A stretch of DNA of 64,000 nucleotides from Eledone cirrhosa (taxonomy: Eukaryota). This document shows, piece by piece, positions 1 through 17,400 of this stretch. A program made the position numbers and the translations under genes. The DNA is taken from assembly GCA_964016885.1 (NCBI GenBank), contig OZ024743.1, forward strand, positions 366,854,001 to 366,918,000. Direction: 5' to 3'. Each line of letters opens with the position of its first letter. The first letter of the stretch is position 1. A model generated the notes under the pieces. The model made no database searches. It worked only from the letters and a program-made list of their open reading frames with translations, and was not told the origin of the DNA.

Positions 1-429
1 CAACAATCACTATCACAACCATGTCTGCCACCACCATCATAGCATACTCAACCATACACAACAACCACTATCACAACCATGTCTACCACCACCATCATAA
101 CATACTCAACCATACACAACAATCACTATCACAACCATGTCTGCCACCACCATCATAGCATACTCAACCATACACAACAATCACTATCACAACCATGTCT
201 ACCACCACCATCATAGCATACTCAACCATACACAACAACACTATCACAACCATGTCTACCACCACCATCATGGCATACTCAACCATACACAACAACCACT
301 ATCACAACCATGTCTACCACCACCATCATGGCATACTCAACCATACACAACAACCACTATCACAACCATGTCTGCCACCACCATCATAGCATACTCAACC
401 ATACACAACAATCACTATCACAACCATGT

Positions 430-3400
430 CTGCCACCACCATCATAGCATACTCAACCATACACAACAACACTACAACAACCATGTCTACCACCACCATC
501 ATAGCATACTCAACCATACACAACAACACTATCACAACCATCATAGCATACTCAACCATACACAACAACCACTATCACAACCATGTCTGCAACCACCATC
601 ATAGCATACTCAACCATACACAACAACACTACAACAACCATGTCTACCACCACCATCATAGCATAATCAACCATACACAACAACACTATCACAACCATGT
701 CTACCACAACCATCATAGCATACTCAACCATACACAACAACCATTATCACAACCATGTCTGCCACCAGATCATAGCATACTCAGCCATACACAACAACCA
801 CTATCACAACCATGCCTACCACCACCATCATAGCATACTCAACCATACACAACAACACTATCACAACCATGTCTACCACCACCATCATGGCATACTCAAC
901 CATACACAACAACCACTATCACAACCATGTCTACCACCACCATCATGGCATACTCAACCATACACAACAATCACTATCACAACCATGTCTGCCACCACCA
1001 TCATAGCATACTCAACCATACACAACAACACTACAACAACCATGTCTACCACCACCATCATGGCATACTCAACCATACACAACAACCACTATCACAACCA
1101 TGTCTGCCACCACCATCATAGCATACTCAACCATACACAACAATCACTATCACAACCATGTCTGCCACCACCATCATAGCATACTCAACCATACACAACA
1201 ACACTACAACAACCATGTCTACCACCACCATCATGGCATACTCAACCATACACAACAACCACTATCACAACCATGTCTGCCACCACCATCATAGCATACT
1301 CAACCATACACAACAACCACTATCACAACCATGTCTGCAACCACCATCATAGCATACTCAACCATACACAACAACACTACAACAACCATGTCTACCACCA
1401 CCATCATAGCATACTCAACCATACACAACAACACTATCACAACCATCATAGCATACTCAACCATACACAACAACCATTATCACAACCATGTCTGCCACCA
1501 CCATCATAGCATACTCAGCCATACACAACAACCACTATCACAACCATGCCTACCACCACCATCATAGCATACTCAACCATACACAACACTATCACAACCA
1601 TGTCTACCACCACCATCATAGCATACTCAACCATACACAACAACACTATCACAACCATGTCTACCACCACCATCATAGCATACTCAACCGTACACAGCCA
1701 TGTCTGCCAACACCATCATAGCATACTCAACCATACACAACAACACTATCACAACCATGTCTACAACCACCATCATAGCATACTCAACCATACACAACAA
1801 CCACTATTACAACCAAGTCTGCCACCACCATCATAGCATACTCAACCATATACAACAACCACTATCACAACCATGTCTGCCACCACCATCATGGCATACT
1901 CAACCATACACAACAACCACTATCACAACCATGTCTACCACCACCATCATAGCATACTCAACCATACACAACAACACTATCACAACCATTCTACCACCAC
2001 CATCATAGCATACTCAACCATACACAACCATGTCTAGCACCACCATCAGAGCATACTCAACCATACACAACAACAATATCACAACCATGTCTGCCACCAC
2101 CATCATAGCATACTCAACCATACACAACAACACTACAACAACCATGTCTACCACCACAATCATAGCATACTCAACCATACACAACAACACTATCACAACC
2201 ATCATAGCATACTCAACCATACACAACAACCACTATCACAACCATGTCTACCACAACCATCATAGCATACTCAACCATACACAACAACCATTATCACAAC
2301 CATGTCTGCCACCACCATCATAGCATACTCAGCCATACACAACAACCACTATCACAACCATGCCTACCACCACCATCATAGCATACACAACAACACTATC
2401 ACAACCATGTCTACCACAACCATCATAGCATACTCAACCATACACAACAACCATTATCACAACCATGTCTGCCACCACCATCATAGCATACTCAGCCATA
2501 CACAACAACCACTATCACAACCATGCCTACCACCACCATCATAGCATACTCAACCATACACAACAACACTATCACAACCAAGTCTACCACCACCATCATA
2601 GCATACTCAACCATACACAACAACATTATCACAACCATGTCTACCACCACCATCATAGCATACTCAACCGTACACAACCATGTCTGCCAACACCATCATA
2701 GCATACTCAACCATACACAACAACACTATCACAACCATGTCTACAACCACCATCATGGCATACTCAACCATACACAACCACTATCACAACCATGTCTGCC
2801 ACCACCATCATAGCATACTCAACCATACACAACAACACTATCACAACCATGTCTACCACCACCATCATAGCATACTCAACCATACACAACAACACTATCA
2901 CAACCATGTCTGCCACCACCATCATAGCATACTCAACCATACACAACAACACTACAACAACCATGTCTACCACCACCATCATAGCATACTCAACCATACA
3001 CAACACTATCACAACCATCATAGCATACTCAACCATACACAACAACCACTATCACAACCATGTCTACCACAACCATCATAGCATACTCAACCATACACAA
3101 CAACCATTATCACAACCATGTCTGCCACCACCATCATAGCATACTCAGCCATACACAACAACCACTATCACAACCATGCCTACCACCACCATCATAGCAT
3201 ACTCAACCATACACAACAACACTATCACAACCATGTCTACCACCACCATCATAGCATACTCAACCATACACAACAACATTATCACAACCATGTCTACCAC
3301 CACCATCATAGCATACTCAACCGTACACAACCATGTCTGCCAACACCATCATAGCATACTCAACCATACACAACAACACTATCACAACCATGTCTACAAC

Positions 3401-6400
3401 CACCATCATGGCATACTCAACCATACACAACCACTATCACAACCATGTCTGCCACCACCATCATAGCATACTCAACCATACACAACAACACTATCACAAC
3501 CATGTCTACCACCACCATCATAGCATACTCAACCATACACAACAACACTATCACAACCATGTCTACCACCACCATCATAGCATACTCAACCATACACAAC
3601 AACACTATCACAACCATGTCTACCGCCACCATCATAGCATACTCAACCATACACAACAACACTATCACAACCATGTCTGCCACCACCATCATAGCATACT
3701 CAACCATACACAACAACACTATCACAACCATGTCAGCCACCACCATCATGACATACTCAACCATACACAACAACCACTATCACAACCATGTCTACCACCA
3801 CCATCATAGCATACTCAACCATACACAACAATGTCTACCACCACCATCAAGGCATACTCAACCATACACAACAACCACTATCACAACCATGTCTACCACC
3901 ACCATCATGGCATACTCAACCATACACAACAACCACTATCACAACCATGTCTGCCACCACCATCATAGCATACTCAACCATACACAACAATCACTATCAC
4001 AACCATGTCTGCCACCACCATCATGGCATACTCAACCATACACAACAACACTATCACAACCATGTCTACCACCACCATCATAGCATACTCAACCATACAC
4101 AACAACACTATCACAACCATGTCTACCACCACCATCATAACATACTCAACCATACACAACAACCACTATCACAACCATGTCTACCACCACCATCATAGCA
4201 TACTCAACCATACACAACAATCACTATCACAACCATGTCTGCCACCACCTTCATAGCATACTCAACCATACACAACAATCACTATCACAACCATGTCTGC
4301 CACCACCATCATAGCATACTCAACCATACACAACAACCACTATCACAACCATGTCTGCCACCACTATCATAGCATACTCAACCATACACAACAACACTAT
4401 CACAACCATGTCTACCACCACCATTATAGCATACTCAACTATCACAACCATGTCTACCACCACCATCATAGCATACTCAACCGTACACAACCATGTCTGC
4501 CACCACCATCATAGCATACTCAACCGTACACAACAACACTATCACAACCATGTCTACAACCACCATCATGGCATACTCAACCATACACAACCACTATCAC
4601 AACCATGTCTGCCACCACCATCATAGCATACTCAACCATACACAACAACACTATCACAACCATGTCTACCACCACCATCATAGCATACTCAACCATACAC
4701 AACAACACTATCAGAACTATGTCTACCACCACCATCATGGCATACTCAACCATACACAACCATGTCTACCACCACCATCATGGCATACTCAACCATACAC
4801 AACAACCACTATCACAACCATGTCTACCACCACCATCATGGCATACTCAACCATACACAACAACCACTATCACAACCATGTCTGCCACCACCATCATAGC
4901 ATACTCAACCATACACAACAATCACTATCACAACCATGTCTGAAACCACCATCATGGCATACTCAACCATACACAACAACACTATCACAAACATGTTTTA
5001 CCACCACCATCATAGCATACTCGACCATACACAACAACACTATCACAACCATGTCTACCACCACCATCATAGCATACTCAACCATACACAACAACACTAT
5101 CACAACCATGTCTGCCACCACCATCATAGCATACTCAACCATACACAACAACACTATCACAACCATGTCTGCCACCACCATCATAGCATACTCAACCGTA
5201 CACAACAATCACTATCACAACCATGTCTACCATCACCATCATAGCATACTCAACCATACACAACAACACTATCACAACCATGTCTACCACCACCATCATA
5301 GCATACTCAACCATACACAATAACACTATCACAACCATGTCTACCACCACCATCATAGCATACTCAACCATACACAACAACACTATCACAACCATGTCTG
5401 CCACCACCATCATGGCATACTCAACTATACACAACAACCACTATCACAACCATGTCTGCCACCACCATCATGGCATACTCAACCATAAACAACAACCACT
5501 ATCACAACCATGTCTACCACCACCATCATAGCATACACAACAACACTATCACAACCATTCTACCACCACCATCATAGCATACTCAACCATACACAACCAT
5601 GTCTAGCACCACCATCATAGCATACTCAACCATACACAACAACACTATCACAACCATGTCTACCACCACCATCATAGCATACTCAACCATACACAACAAC
5701 ACTATCACAACCATGTCTACCACCACCATCATGGCATACTCAACCATACACAACAACCACTATCACAACCATGTCTACCACCACCATCATGGCATACTCA
5801 ACCATACACAACAACCACTATCACAACCATGTCTGCCACCACCATCATAGCATACTCAACCATACACAACAACCACTATCACAACCATGTCTGCAACCAC
5901 CATCATAGCATACTCAACCATACACAACAACACTACAACAACCATGTCTACCACCACCATCATAGCATACTCAACCATACACAACAACACTATCACAACC
6001 ATCATAGCATACTCAACCATACACAACAACCACTATCACAACCATGTCTGCAACCACCATCATAGCATACTCAACCATACACAACAACACTACAACAACC
6101 ATGTCTACCACCACCATCATAGCATACTCAACCATACACAACAACACTATCACAACCATGTCTACCACAACCATCATAGCATACTCAACCATACACAACA
6201 ACCATTATCACAACCATGTCTGCCACCAGATCATAGCATACTCAGCCATACACAACAACCACTATCACAACCATGCCTACCACCACCATCATAGCATACT
6301 CAACCTACACAACAACACTATCACAACCATGTCTACCACCACCATCATGGCATACTCAACCATACACAACAACCACTATCACAACCATGTCTACCACCAC

Positions 6401-9400
6401 CATCATGGCATACTCAACCATACACAACAATCACTATCACAACCATGTCTGCCACCACCATCATAGCATACTCAACCATACACAACAACACTACAACAAC
6501 CATGTCTACCACCACCATCATGGCATACTCAACCATACACAACAACCACTATCACAACCATGTCTGCCACCACCATCATAGCATACTCAACCATACACAA
6601 CAATCACTATCACAACCATGTCTGCCACCACCATCATAGCATACTCAACCATACACAACAACACTACAACAACCATGTCTACCACCACCATCATGGCATA
6701 CTCAACCATACACAACAACCACTATCACAACCATGTCTGCCACCACCATCATAGCATACTCAACCATACACAACAACCACTATCACAACCATGTCTGCAA
6801 CCACCATCATAGCATACTCAACCATACACAACAACACTACAACAACCATGTCTACCACCACCATCATAGCATACTCAACCATACACAACAACACTATCAC
6901 AACCATCATAGCATACTCAACCATACACAACAACCATTATCACAACCATGTCTGCCACCACCATCATAGCATACTCAGCCATACACAACAACCACTATCA
7001 CAACCATGCCTACCACCACCATCATAGCATACTCAACCATACACAACACTATCACAACCATGTCTACCACCACCATCATAGCATACTCAACCATACACAA
7101 CAACACTATCACAACCATGTCTACCACCACCATCATAGCATACTCAACCGTACACAACCATGTCTGCCAACACCATCATAGCATACTCAACCATACACAA
7201 CAACACTATCACAACCATGTCTACAACCACCATCATAGCATACTCAACCATACACAACAACCACTATTACAACCAAGTCTGCCACCACCATCATAGCATA
7301 CTCAACCATATACAACAACCACTATCACAACCATGTCTGCCACCACCATCATGGCATACTCAACCATACACAACAACCACTATCACAACCATGTCTACCA
7401 CCACCATCATAGCATACTCAACCATACACAACAACACTATCACAACCATTCTACCACCACCATCATAGCATACTCAACCATACACAACCATGTCTAGCGC
7501 CACCATCAGAGCATACTCAACCATACACAACAACAATATCACAACCATGTCTGCCACCACCATCATAGCATACTCAACCATACACAACAACACTACAACA
7601 ACCATGTCTACCACCACAATCATAGCATACTCAACCATACACAACAACACTATCACAACCATCATAGCATACTCAACCATACACAACAACCACTATCACA
7701 ACCATGTCTACCACAACCATCATAGCATACTCAACCATACACAACAACCATTATCACAACCATGTCTGCCACCACCATCATAGCATACTCAGCCATACAC
7801 AACAACCACTATCACAACCATGCCTACCACCACCATCATAGCATACTCAACCATACACAACAACACTATCACAACCATGTCTACCACAACCATCATAGCA
7901 TACTCAACCATACACAACAACCATTATCACAACCATGTCTGCCACCACCATCATAGCATACTCAGCCATACACAACAACCACTATCACAACCATGCCTAC
8001 CACCACCATCATAGCATACTCAACCATACACAACAACACTATCACAACCATGTCTACCACCACCATCATAGCATACTCAACCATACACAACAACATTATC
8101 ACAACCATGTCTACCACCACCATCATAGCATACTCAACCGTACACAACCATGTCTGCCAACACCATCATAGCATACTCAACCATACACAACAACACTATC
8201 ACAACCATGTCTACAACCACCATCATGGCATACTCAACCATACACAACCACTATCACAACCATGTCTGCCACCACCATCATAGCATACTCAACCATACAC
8301 AACAACACTATCACAACCATGTCTACCACCACCATCATAGCATACTCAACCATACACAACAACACTATCACAACCATGTCTACCACCACCATCATAGCAT
8401 ACTCAACCATACACAACAACATTATCACAACCATGTCTACCACCACCATCATAGCATACTCAACCTACACAACCATGTCTGCCAACACCATCATAGCATA
8501 CTCAACCATACACAACAACACTATCACAACCATGTCTACAACCACCATCATGGCATACTCAACCATACACAACCACTATCACAACCATGTCTGCCACCAC
8601 CATCATAGCATACTCAACCATACACAACAACACTATCACAACCATGTCTACCACCACCATCATAGCATACTCAACCATACACAACAACACTATCACAACC
8701 ATGTCTGCCACCACCATCATAGCATACTCAACCATACACAACAACACTACAACAACCATGTCTACCACCACCATCATAGCATACTCAACCATACACAACA
8801 CTATCACAACCATCATAGCATACTCAACCATACACAACAACCACTATCACAACCATGTCTACCACAACCATCATAGCATACTCAACCATACACAACAACC
8901 ATTATCACAACCATGTCTGCCACCACCATCATAGCATACTCAGCCATACACAACAACCACTATCACAACCATGCCTACCACCACCATCATAGCATACTCA
9001 ACCATACACAACAACACTATCACAACCATGTCTACCACCACCATCATAGCATACTCAACCATACACAATAACATTATCACAACCATGTCTACCACCACCA
9101 TCATAGCATACTCAACCGTACACAACCATGTCTGCCAACACCATCATAGCATACTCAACCATACACAACAACACTATCACAACCATGTCTACAACCACCA
9201 TCATGGCATACTCAACCATACACAACCACTATCACAACCATGTCTGCCACCACCATCATAGCATACTCAACCATACACAACAACACTATCACAACCATGT
9301 CTACCACCACCATCATAGCATACTCAACCATACACAACAACACTATCACAACCATGTCTACCACCACCATCATAGCATACTCAACCATACACAACAACAC

Positions 9401-11400
9401 TATCACAACCATGTCTACCGCCACCATCATAGCATACTCAACCATACACAACAACACTATCACAACCATGTCTGCCACCACCATCATAGCATACTCAACC
9501 ATACACAACAACCACTATCACAACCATGTCTACCACCACCATCATAGCATACTCAACCATACACAACAATCACTATCACAACCATGTCTGCCACCACCTT
9601 CATAGCATACTCAACCATACACAACAATCACTATCACAACCATGTCTGCCACCACCATCATAGCATACTCAACCATACACAACAACCACTATCACAACCA
9701 TGTCTGCCACCACCATCATAGCATACTCAACCATACACAAAAACCACTATCACAACCATGTCTGCCACCACTATCATAGCATACTCAACCATACACAACA
9801 ACACTATCACAACCATGTCTACCACCACCATTATAGCATACTCAACTATCACAACCATGTCTACCACCACCATCATAGCATACTCAACCGTACACAACCA
9901 TGTCTGCCACCACCATCATAGCATACTCAACCATACACAACAACACTATCACAACCATGTCTACAACCACCATCATGGCATACTCAACCATACACAACCA
10001 CTATCACAACCATGTCTGCCACCACCATCATAGCATACTCAACCATACACAACAACACTATCACAACCATGTCTACCACCACCATCATAGCATACTCAAC
10101 CATACACAACAACACTATCAGAACTATGTCTACCACCACCATCATGGCATACTCAACCATACACAACCATGTCTACCACCACCATCATGGCATACTCAAC
10201 CATACACAACAACCACTATCACAACCATGTCTACCACCACCATCATGGCATACTCAACCATACACAACAACCACTATCACAACCATGTCTGCCACCACCA
10301 TCATAGCATACTCAACCATACACAACAATCACTATCACAACCATGTCTGAAACCACCATCATGGCATACTCAACCATACACAACAACACTATCACAAACA
10401 TGTCTACCACCACCATCATAGCATACTCGACCATACACAACAACACTATCACAACCATGTCTACCACCACCATCATAGCATACTCAACCATACACAACAA
10501 CACTATCACAACCATGTCTGCCACCACCATCATAGCATACTCAACCATACACAACAACACTATCACAACCATGTCTGCCACCACCATCATAGCATACTCA
10601 ACCGTACACAACAATCACTATCACAACCATGTCTACCATCACCATCATAGCATACTCAACCATACACAACAACACTATCACAACCATGTCTACCACCACC
10701 ATCATAGCATAATCAACCATACACAATAACACTATCACAACCATGTCTACCACCACCATCATAGCATACTCAACCATACACAACAACACTATCACAACCA
10801 TGTCTGCCACCACCATCATGGCATACTCAACCATACACAACAACCACTATCACAACCATGTCTGCCACCACCATCATGGCATACTCAACCATACACAACA
10901 ACCACTATCACAACCATGTCTACCACCACCATCATAGCATACACAACAACACTATCACAACCATTCTACCACCACCATCATAGCATACACAACCATACAC
11001 AACCATGTCTAGCACCACCATCATAGCATACTCAACCATACACAACAACACTATCACAACCATGTCTACCACCACCATCATAGCATACTCAACCATACAC
11101 AACAACACTATCACAACCATGTCTACCACCACCATCATGGCATACTCAACCATACACAACAACCACTATCACAACCATGTCTACCACCACCATCATGGCA
11201 TACTCAACCATACACAACAACCACTATCACAACCATGTCTGCCACCACCATCATAGCATACTCAACCATACACAACAATCACTATCACAACCATGTCTGC
11301 CACCACCATCATAGCATACTCAACCATACACAACAACACTACAACAACCATGTCTACCACCACCATCATAGCATACTCAACCATACACAACAACACTATC
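430..11400. repeat. Two imperfect ~5.4-5.5 kb higher-order copies (about 0.4-5.9 kb and 5.9-11.4 kb)
   Basis: Matching ORF/variant strings at offsets 5460-5470 (1100/6560, 1700/7160, 2030/7490, 2680/8150), 5795 (3176/8971) and 5406-5407 (4293/9700, 4936/10343, 5599/11005). The rare variant CCAGATC occurs only at ~766 and ~6227. Confidence 0.88.
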
Positions 11401-14400
11401 ACAACCATCATAGCATACTCAACCATACACAACAACCACTATCACAACCATGTCTGCAACCACCATCATAGCATACTCAACCATACACAACAACACTATC
11501 ACAACCATGTCTACAACCACCATCATAGCATACTCAACCATACACAACAACCACTATTACAACCAAGTCTGCCACCACCATCATAGCATACTCAACCATA
11601 TACAACAACCACTATCACAACCATGTCTGCCACCACCATCATGGCATACTCAACCATACACAACAACCACTATCACAACCATGTCTACCACCACCATCAT
11701 AGCATACTCAACCATACACAACAACACTATCACAACCATTCTACCACCACCATCATAGCATACTCAACCATACACAACCATGTCTAGCACCACCATCAGA
11801 GCATACTCAACCATACACAACAACAATATCACAACCATGTCTGCCACCACCATCATAGCATACTCAACCATACACAACAACACTACAACAACCATGTCTA
11901 CCACCACAATCATAGCATACTCAACCATACACAACAACACTATCACAACCATCATAGCATACTCAACCATACACAACAACCACTATCACAACCATGTCTA
12001 CCACAACCATCATAGCATACTCAACCATACACAACAACCATTATCACAACCATGTCTGCCACCACCATCATAGCATACTCAGCCATACACAACAACCACT
12101 ATCACAACCATGCCTACCACCACCATCATAGCATACTCAACCATACACAACAACACTATCACAACCATGTCTACCACAACCATCATAGCATACTCAACCA
12201 TACACAACAACCATTATCACAACCATGTCTGCCACCACCATCACAACCATGTCTACCACCACCATCATAGCATACTCAACCATACACAACAACATTATCA
12301 CAACCATGTCTACCACCACCATCATAGCATACTCAACCGTACACAACCATGTCTGCCAACACCATCATAGCATACTCAACCATACACAACAACACTATCA
12401 CAACCATGTCTACAACCACCATCATGGCATACTCAACCATACACAACCACTATCACAACCATGTCTGCCACCACCATCATAGCATACTCAACCATACACA
12501 ACAACACTATCACAACCATGTCTACCACCACCATCATAGCATACTCAACCATACACAACAACACTATCACAACCATGTCTACCACCACCATCATAGCATA
12601 CTCAACCATACACAACAACATTATCACAACCATGTCTACCACCACCATCATAGCATACTCAACCGTACACAACCATGTCTGCCAACACCATCATAGCATA
12701 CTCAACCATACACAACAACACTATCACAACCATGTCTACAACCACCATCATGGCATACTCAACCATACACAACCACTATCACAACCATGTCTGCCACCAC
12801 CATCATAGCATACTCAACCATACACAACAACACTATCACAACCATGTCTACCACCACCATCATAGCATACTCAACCATACACAACAACACTATCACAACC
12901 ATGTCTGCCACCACCATCATAGCATACTCAACCATACACAACAACACTACAACAACCATGTCTACCACCACCATCATAGCATACTCAACCATACACAACA
13001 CTATCACAACCATCATAGCATACTCAACCATACACAACAACCACTATCACAACCATGTCTACCACAACCATCATAGCATACTCAACCATACACAACAACC
13101 ATTATCACAACCATGTCTGCCACCACCATCATAGCATACTCAGCCATACACAACAACCACTATCACAACCATGCCTACCACCACCATCATAGCATACTCA
13201 ACCATACACAACAACACTATCACAACCATGTCTACCACCACCATCATAGCATACTCAACCATACACAATAACATTATCACAACCATGTCTACCACCATCA
13301 TAGCATACTCAACCGTACACAACCATGTCTGCCAACACCATCATAGCATACTCAACCATACACAACAACACTATCACAACCATGTCTACAACCACCATCA
13401 TGGCATACTCAACCATACACAACCACTATCACAACCATGTCTGCCACCACCATCATAGCATACTCAACCATACACAACAACACTATCACAACCATGTCTA
13501 CCACCACCATCATAGCATACTCAACCATACACAACAACACTATCACAACCATGTCTACCACCACCATCATAGCATACTCAACCATACACAACAACACTAT
13601 CACAACCATGTCTACCGCCACCATCATAGCATACTCAACCATACACAACAACACTATCACAACCATGTCTGCCACCACCATCATAGCATACTCAACCATA
13701 CACAACAACACTATCACAACCATGTCAGCCACCACCATCATGACATACTCAACCATACACAACAACCACTATCACAACCATGTCTACCACCACCATCATA
13801 GCATACTCAACCATACACAACAATCACTATCACAACCATGTCTGCCACCACCTTCATAGCATACTCAACCATACACAACAATCACTATCACAACCATGTC
13901 TGCCACCACCATCATAGCATACTCAACCATACACAACAACACTATCACAACCATGTCTACCACCACCATCATAGCATAATCAACCATACACAATAACACT
14001 ATCACAACCATGTCTACCACCACCATCATAGCATACTCAACCATACACAACAACACTATCACAACCATGTCTGCCACCACCATCATGGCATACTCAACCA
14101 TACACAACAACCACTATCACAACCATGTCTGCCACCACCATCATGGCATACTCAACCATACACAACAACCACTATCACAACCATGTCTACCACCACCATC
14201 ATAGCATACACAACAACACTATCACAACCATTCTACCACCACCATCATAGCATACACAACCATACACAACCATGTCTAGCACCACCATCATAGCATACTC
14301 AACCATACACAACAACACTATCACAACCATGTCTACCACCACCATCATAGCATACTCAACCATACACAACAACACTATCACAACCATGTCTACCACCACC

Positions 14401-17400
14401 ATCATGGCATACTCAACCATACACAACAACCACTATCACAACCATGTCTACCACCACCATCATGGCATACTCAACCATACACAACAACCACTATCACAAC
14501 CATGTCTGCCACCACCATCATAGCATACTCAACCATACACAACAATCACTATCACAACCATGTCTGCCACCACCATCATAGCATACTCAACCATACACAA
14601 CAACACTACAACAACCATGTCTACCACCACCATCATAGCATACTCAACCATACACAACAACACTATCACAACCATCATAGCATACTCAACCATACACAAC
14701 AACCACTATCACAACCATGTCTGCAACCACCATCATAGCATACTCAACCATACACAACAACACTATCACAACCATGTCTACAACCACCATCATAGCATAC
14801 TCAACCATACACAACAACCACTATTACAACCAAGTCTGCCACCACCATCATAGCATACTCAACCATATACAACAACCACTATCACAACCATGTCTGCCAC
14901 CACCATCATGGCATACTCAACCATACACAACAACCACTATCACAACCATGTCTACCACCACCATCATAGCATACTCAACCATACACAACAACACTATCAC
15001 AACCATTCTACCACCACCATCATAGCATACTCAACCATACACAACCATGTCTAGCACCACCATCAGAGCATACTCAACCATACACAACAACAATATCACA
15101 ACCATGTCTGCCACCACCATCATAGCATACTCAACCATACACAACAACACTACAACAACCATGTCTACCACCACAATCATAGCATACTCAACCATACACA
15201 ACAACCACTATCACAACCATGTCTACCACAACCATCATAGCATACTCAACCATACACAACAACCATTATCACAACCATGTCTGCCACCACCATCATAGCA
15301 TACTCAGCCATACACAACAACCACTATCACAACCATGCCTACCACCACCATCATAGCATACTCAACCATACACAACAACACTATCACAACCATGTCTACC
15401 ACCACCATCATAGCATACTCAACCATACACAATAACATTATCACAACCATGTCTACCACCATCATAGCATACTCAACCGTACACAACCATGTCTGCCAAC
15501 ACCATCATAGCATACTCAACCATACACAACAACACTATCACAACCATGTCTACAACCACCATCATGGCATACTCAACCATACACAACCACTATCACAACC
15601 ATGTCTGCCACCACCATCATAGCATACTCAACCATACACAACAACACTATCACAACCATGTCTACCACCACCATCATAGCATACTCAACCATACACAACA
15701 ACACTATCACAACCATGTCTACCACCACCATCATAGCATACTCAACCATACACAACAACACTATCACAACCATGTCTACCGCCACCATCATAGCATACTC
15801 AACCATACACAACAACACTATCACAACCATGTCTGCCACCACCATCATAGCATACTCAACCATACACAACAACACTATCACAACCATGTCAGCCACCACC
15901 ATCATGACATACTCAACCATACACAACAACCACTATCACAACCATGTCTACCACCACCATCATAGCATACTCAACCATACACAACAATCACTATCACAAC
16001 CATGTCTGCCACCACCTTCATAGCATACTCAACCATACACAACAATCACTATCACAACCATGTCTGCCACCACCATCATAGCATACTCAACCATACACAA
16101 CAACCACTATCACAACCATGTCTGCCACCACCATCATAGCATACTCAACCATACACAAAAACCACTATCACAACCATGTCTGCCACCACTATCATAGCAT
16201 ACTCAACCATACACAACAACACTATCACAACCATGTCTACCACCACCATTATAGCATACTCAACTATCACAACCATGTCTACCACCACCATCATAGCATA
16301 CTCAACCGTACACAACCATGTCTGCCACCACCATCATAGCATACTCAACCATACACAACAACACTATCACAACCATGTCTACAACCACCATCATGGCATA
16401 CTCAACCATACACAACCACTATCACAACCATGTCTGCCACCACCATCATAGCATACTCAACCATACACAACAACACTATCACAACCATGTCTACCACCAC
16501 CATCATAGCATACTCAACCATACACAACAACACTATCAGAACTATGTCTACCACCACCATCATGGCATACTCAACCATACACAACCATGTCTACCACCAC
16601 CATCATGGCATACTCAACCATACACAACAACCACTATCACAACCATGTCTACCACCACCATCATGGCATACTCAACCATACACAACAACCACTATCACAA
16701 CCATGTCTGCCACCACCATCATAGCATACTCAACCATACACAACAATCACTATCACAACCATGTCTGAAACCACCATCATGGCATACTCAACCATACACA
16801 ACAACACTATCACAAACATGTCTACCACCACCATCATAGCATACTCGACCATACACAACAACACTATCACAACCAAGTCTGCCACCACCATCATAGCATA
16901 CTCAACCATATACAACAACCACTATCACAACCATGTCTGCCACCACCATCATGGCATACTCAACCATACACAACAACCACTATCACAACCATGTCTACCA
17001 CCACCATCATAGCATACTCAACCATACACAACAACACTATCACAACCATTCTACCACCACCATCATAGCATACTCAACCATACACAACCATGTCTAGCAC
17101 CACCATCAGAGCATACTCAACCATACACAACAACAATATCACAACCATGTCTGCCACCACCATCATAGCATACTCAACCATACACAACAACACTACAACA
17201 ACCATGTCTACCACCACAATCATAGCATACTCAACCATACACAACAACACTATCACAACCATCATAGCATACTCAACCATACACAACAACCACTATCACA
17301 ACCATGTCTACCACAACCATCATAGCATACTCAACCATACACAACAACCATGTCTGCCACCACCATCATAGCATACTCAGCCATACACAACAACCACTAT

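Noticed and set aside
6301-8470. 1-bp deletions giving CAACCTACAC at ~6301 and ~8461
   Set aside because: Isolated single-base indels in different contexts and absent from paralogous blocks; like the 1-bp insertion at ~4997, they cannot be told apart from consensus errors without reads.
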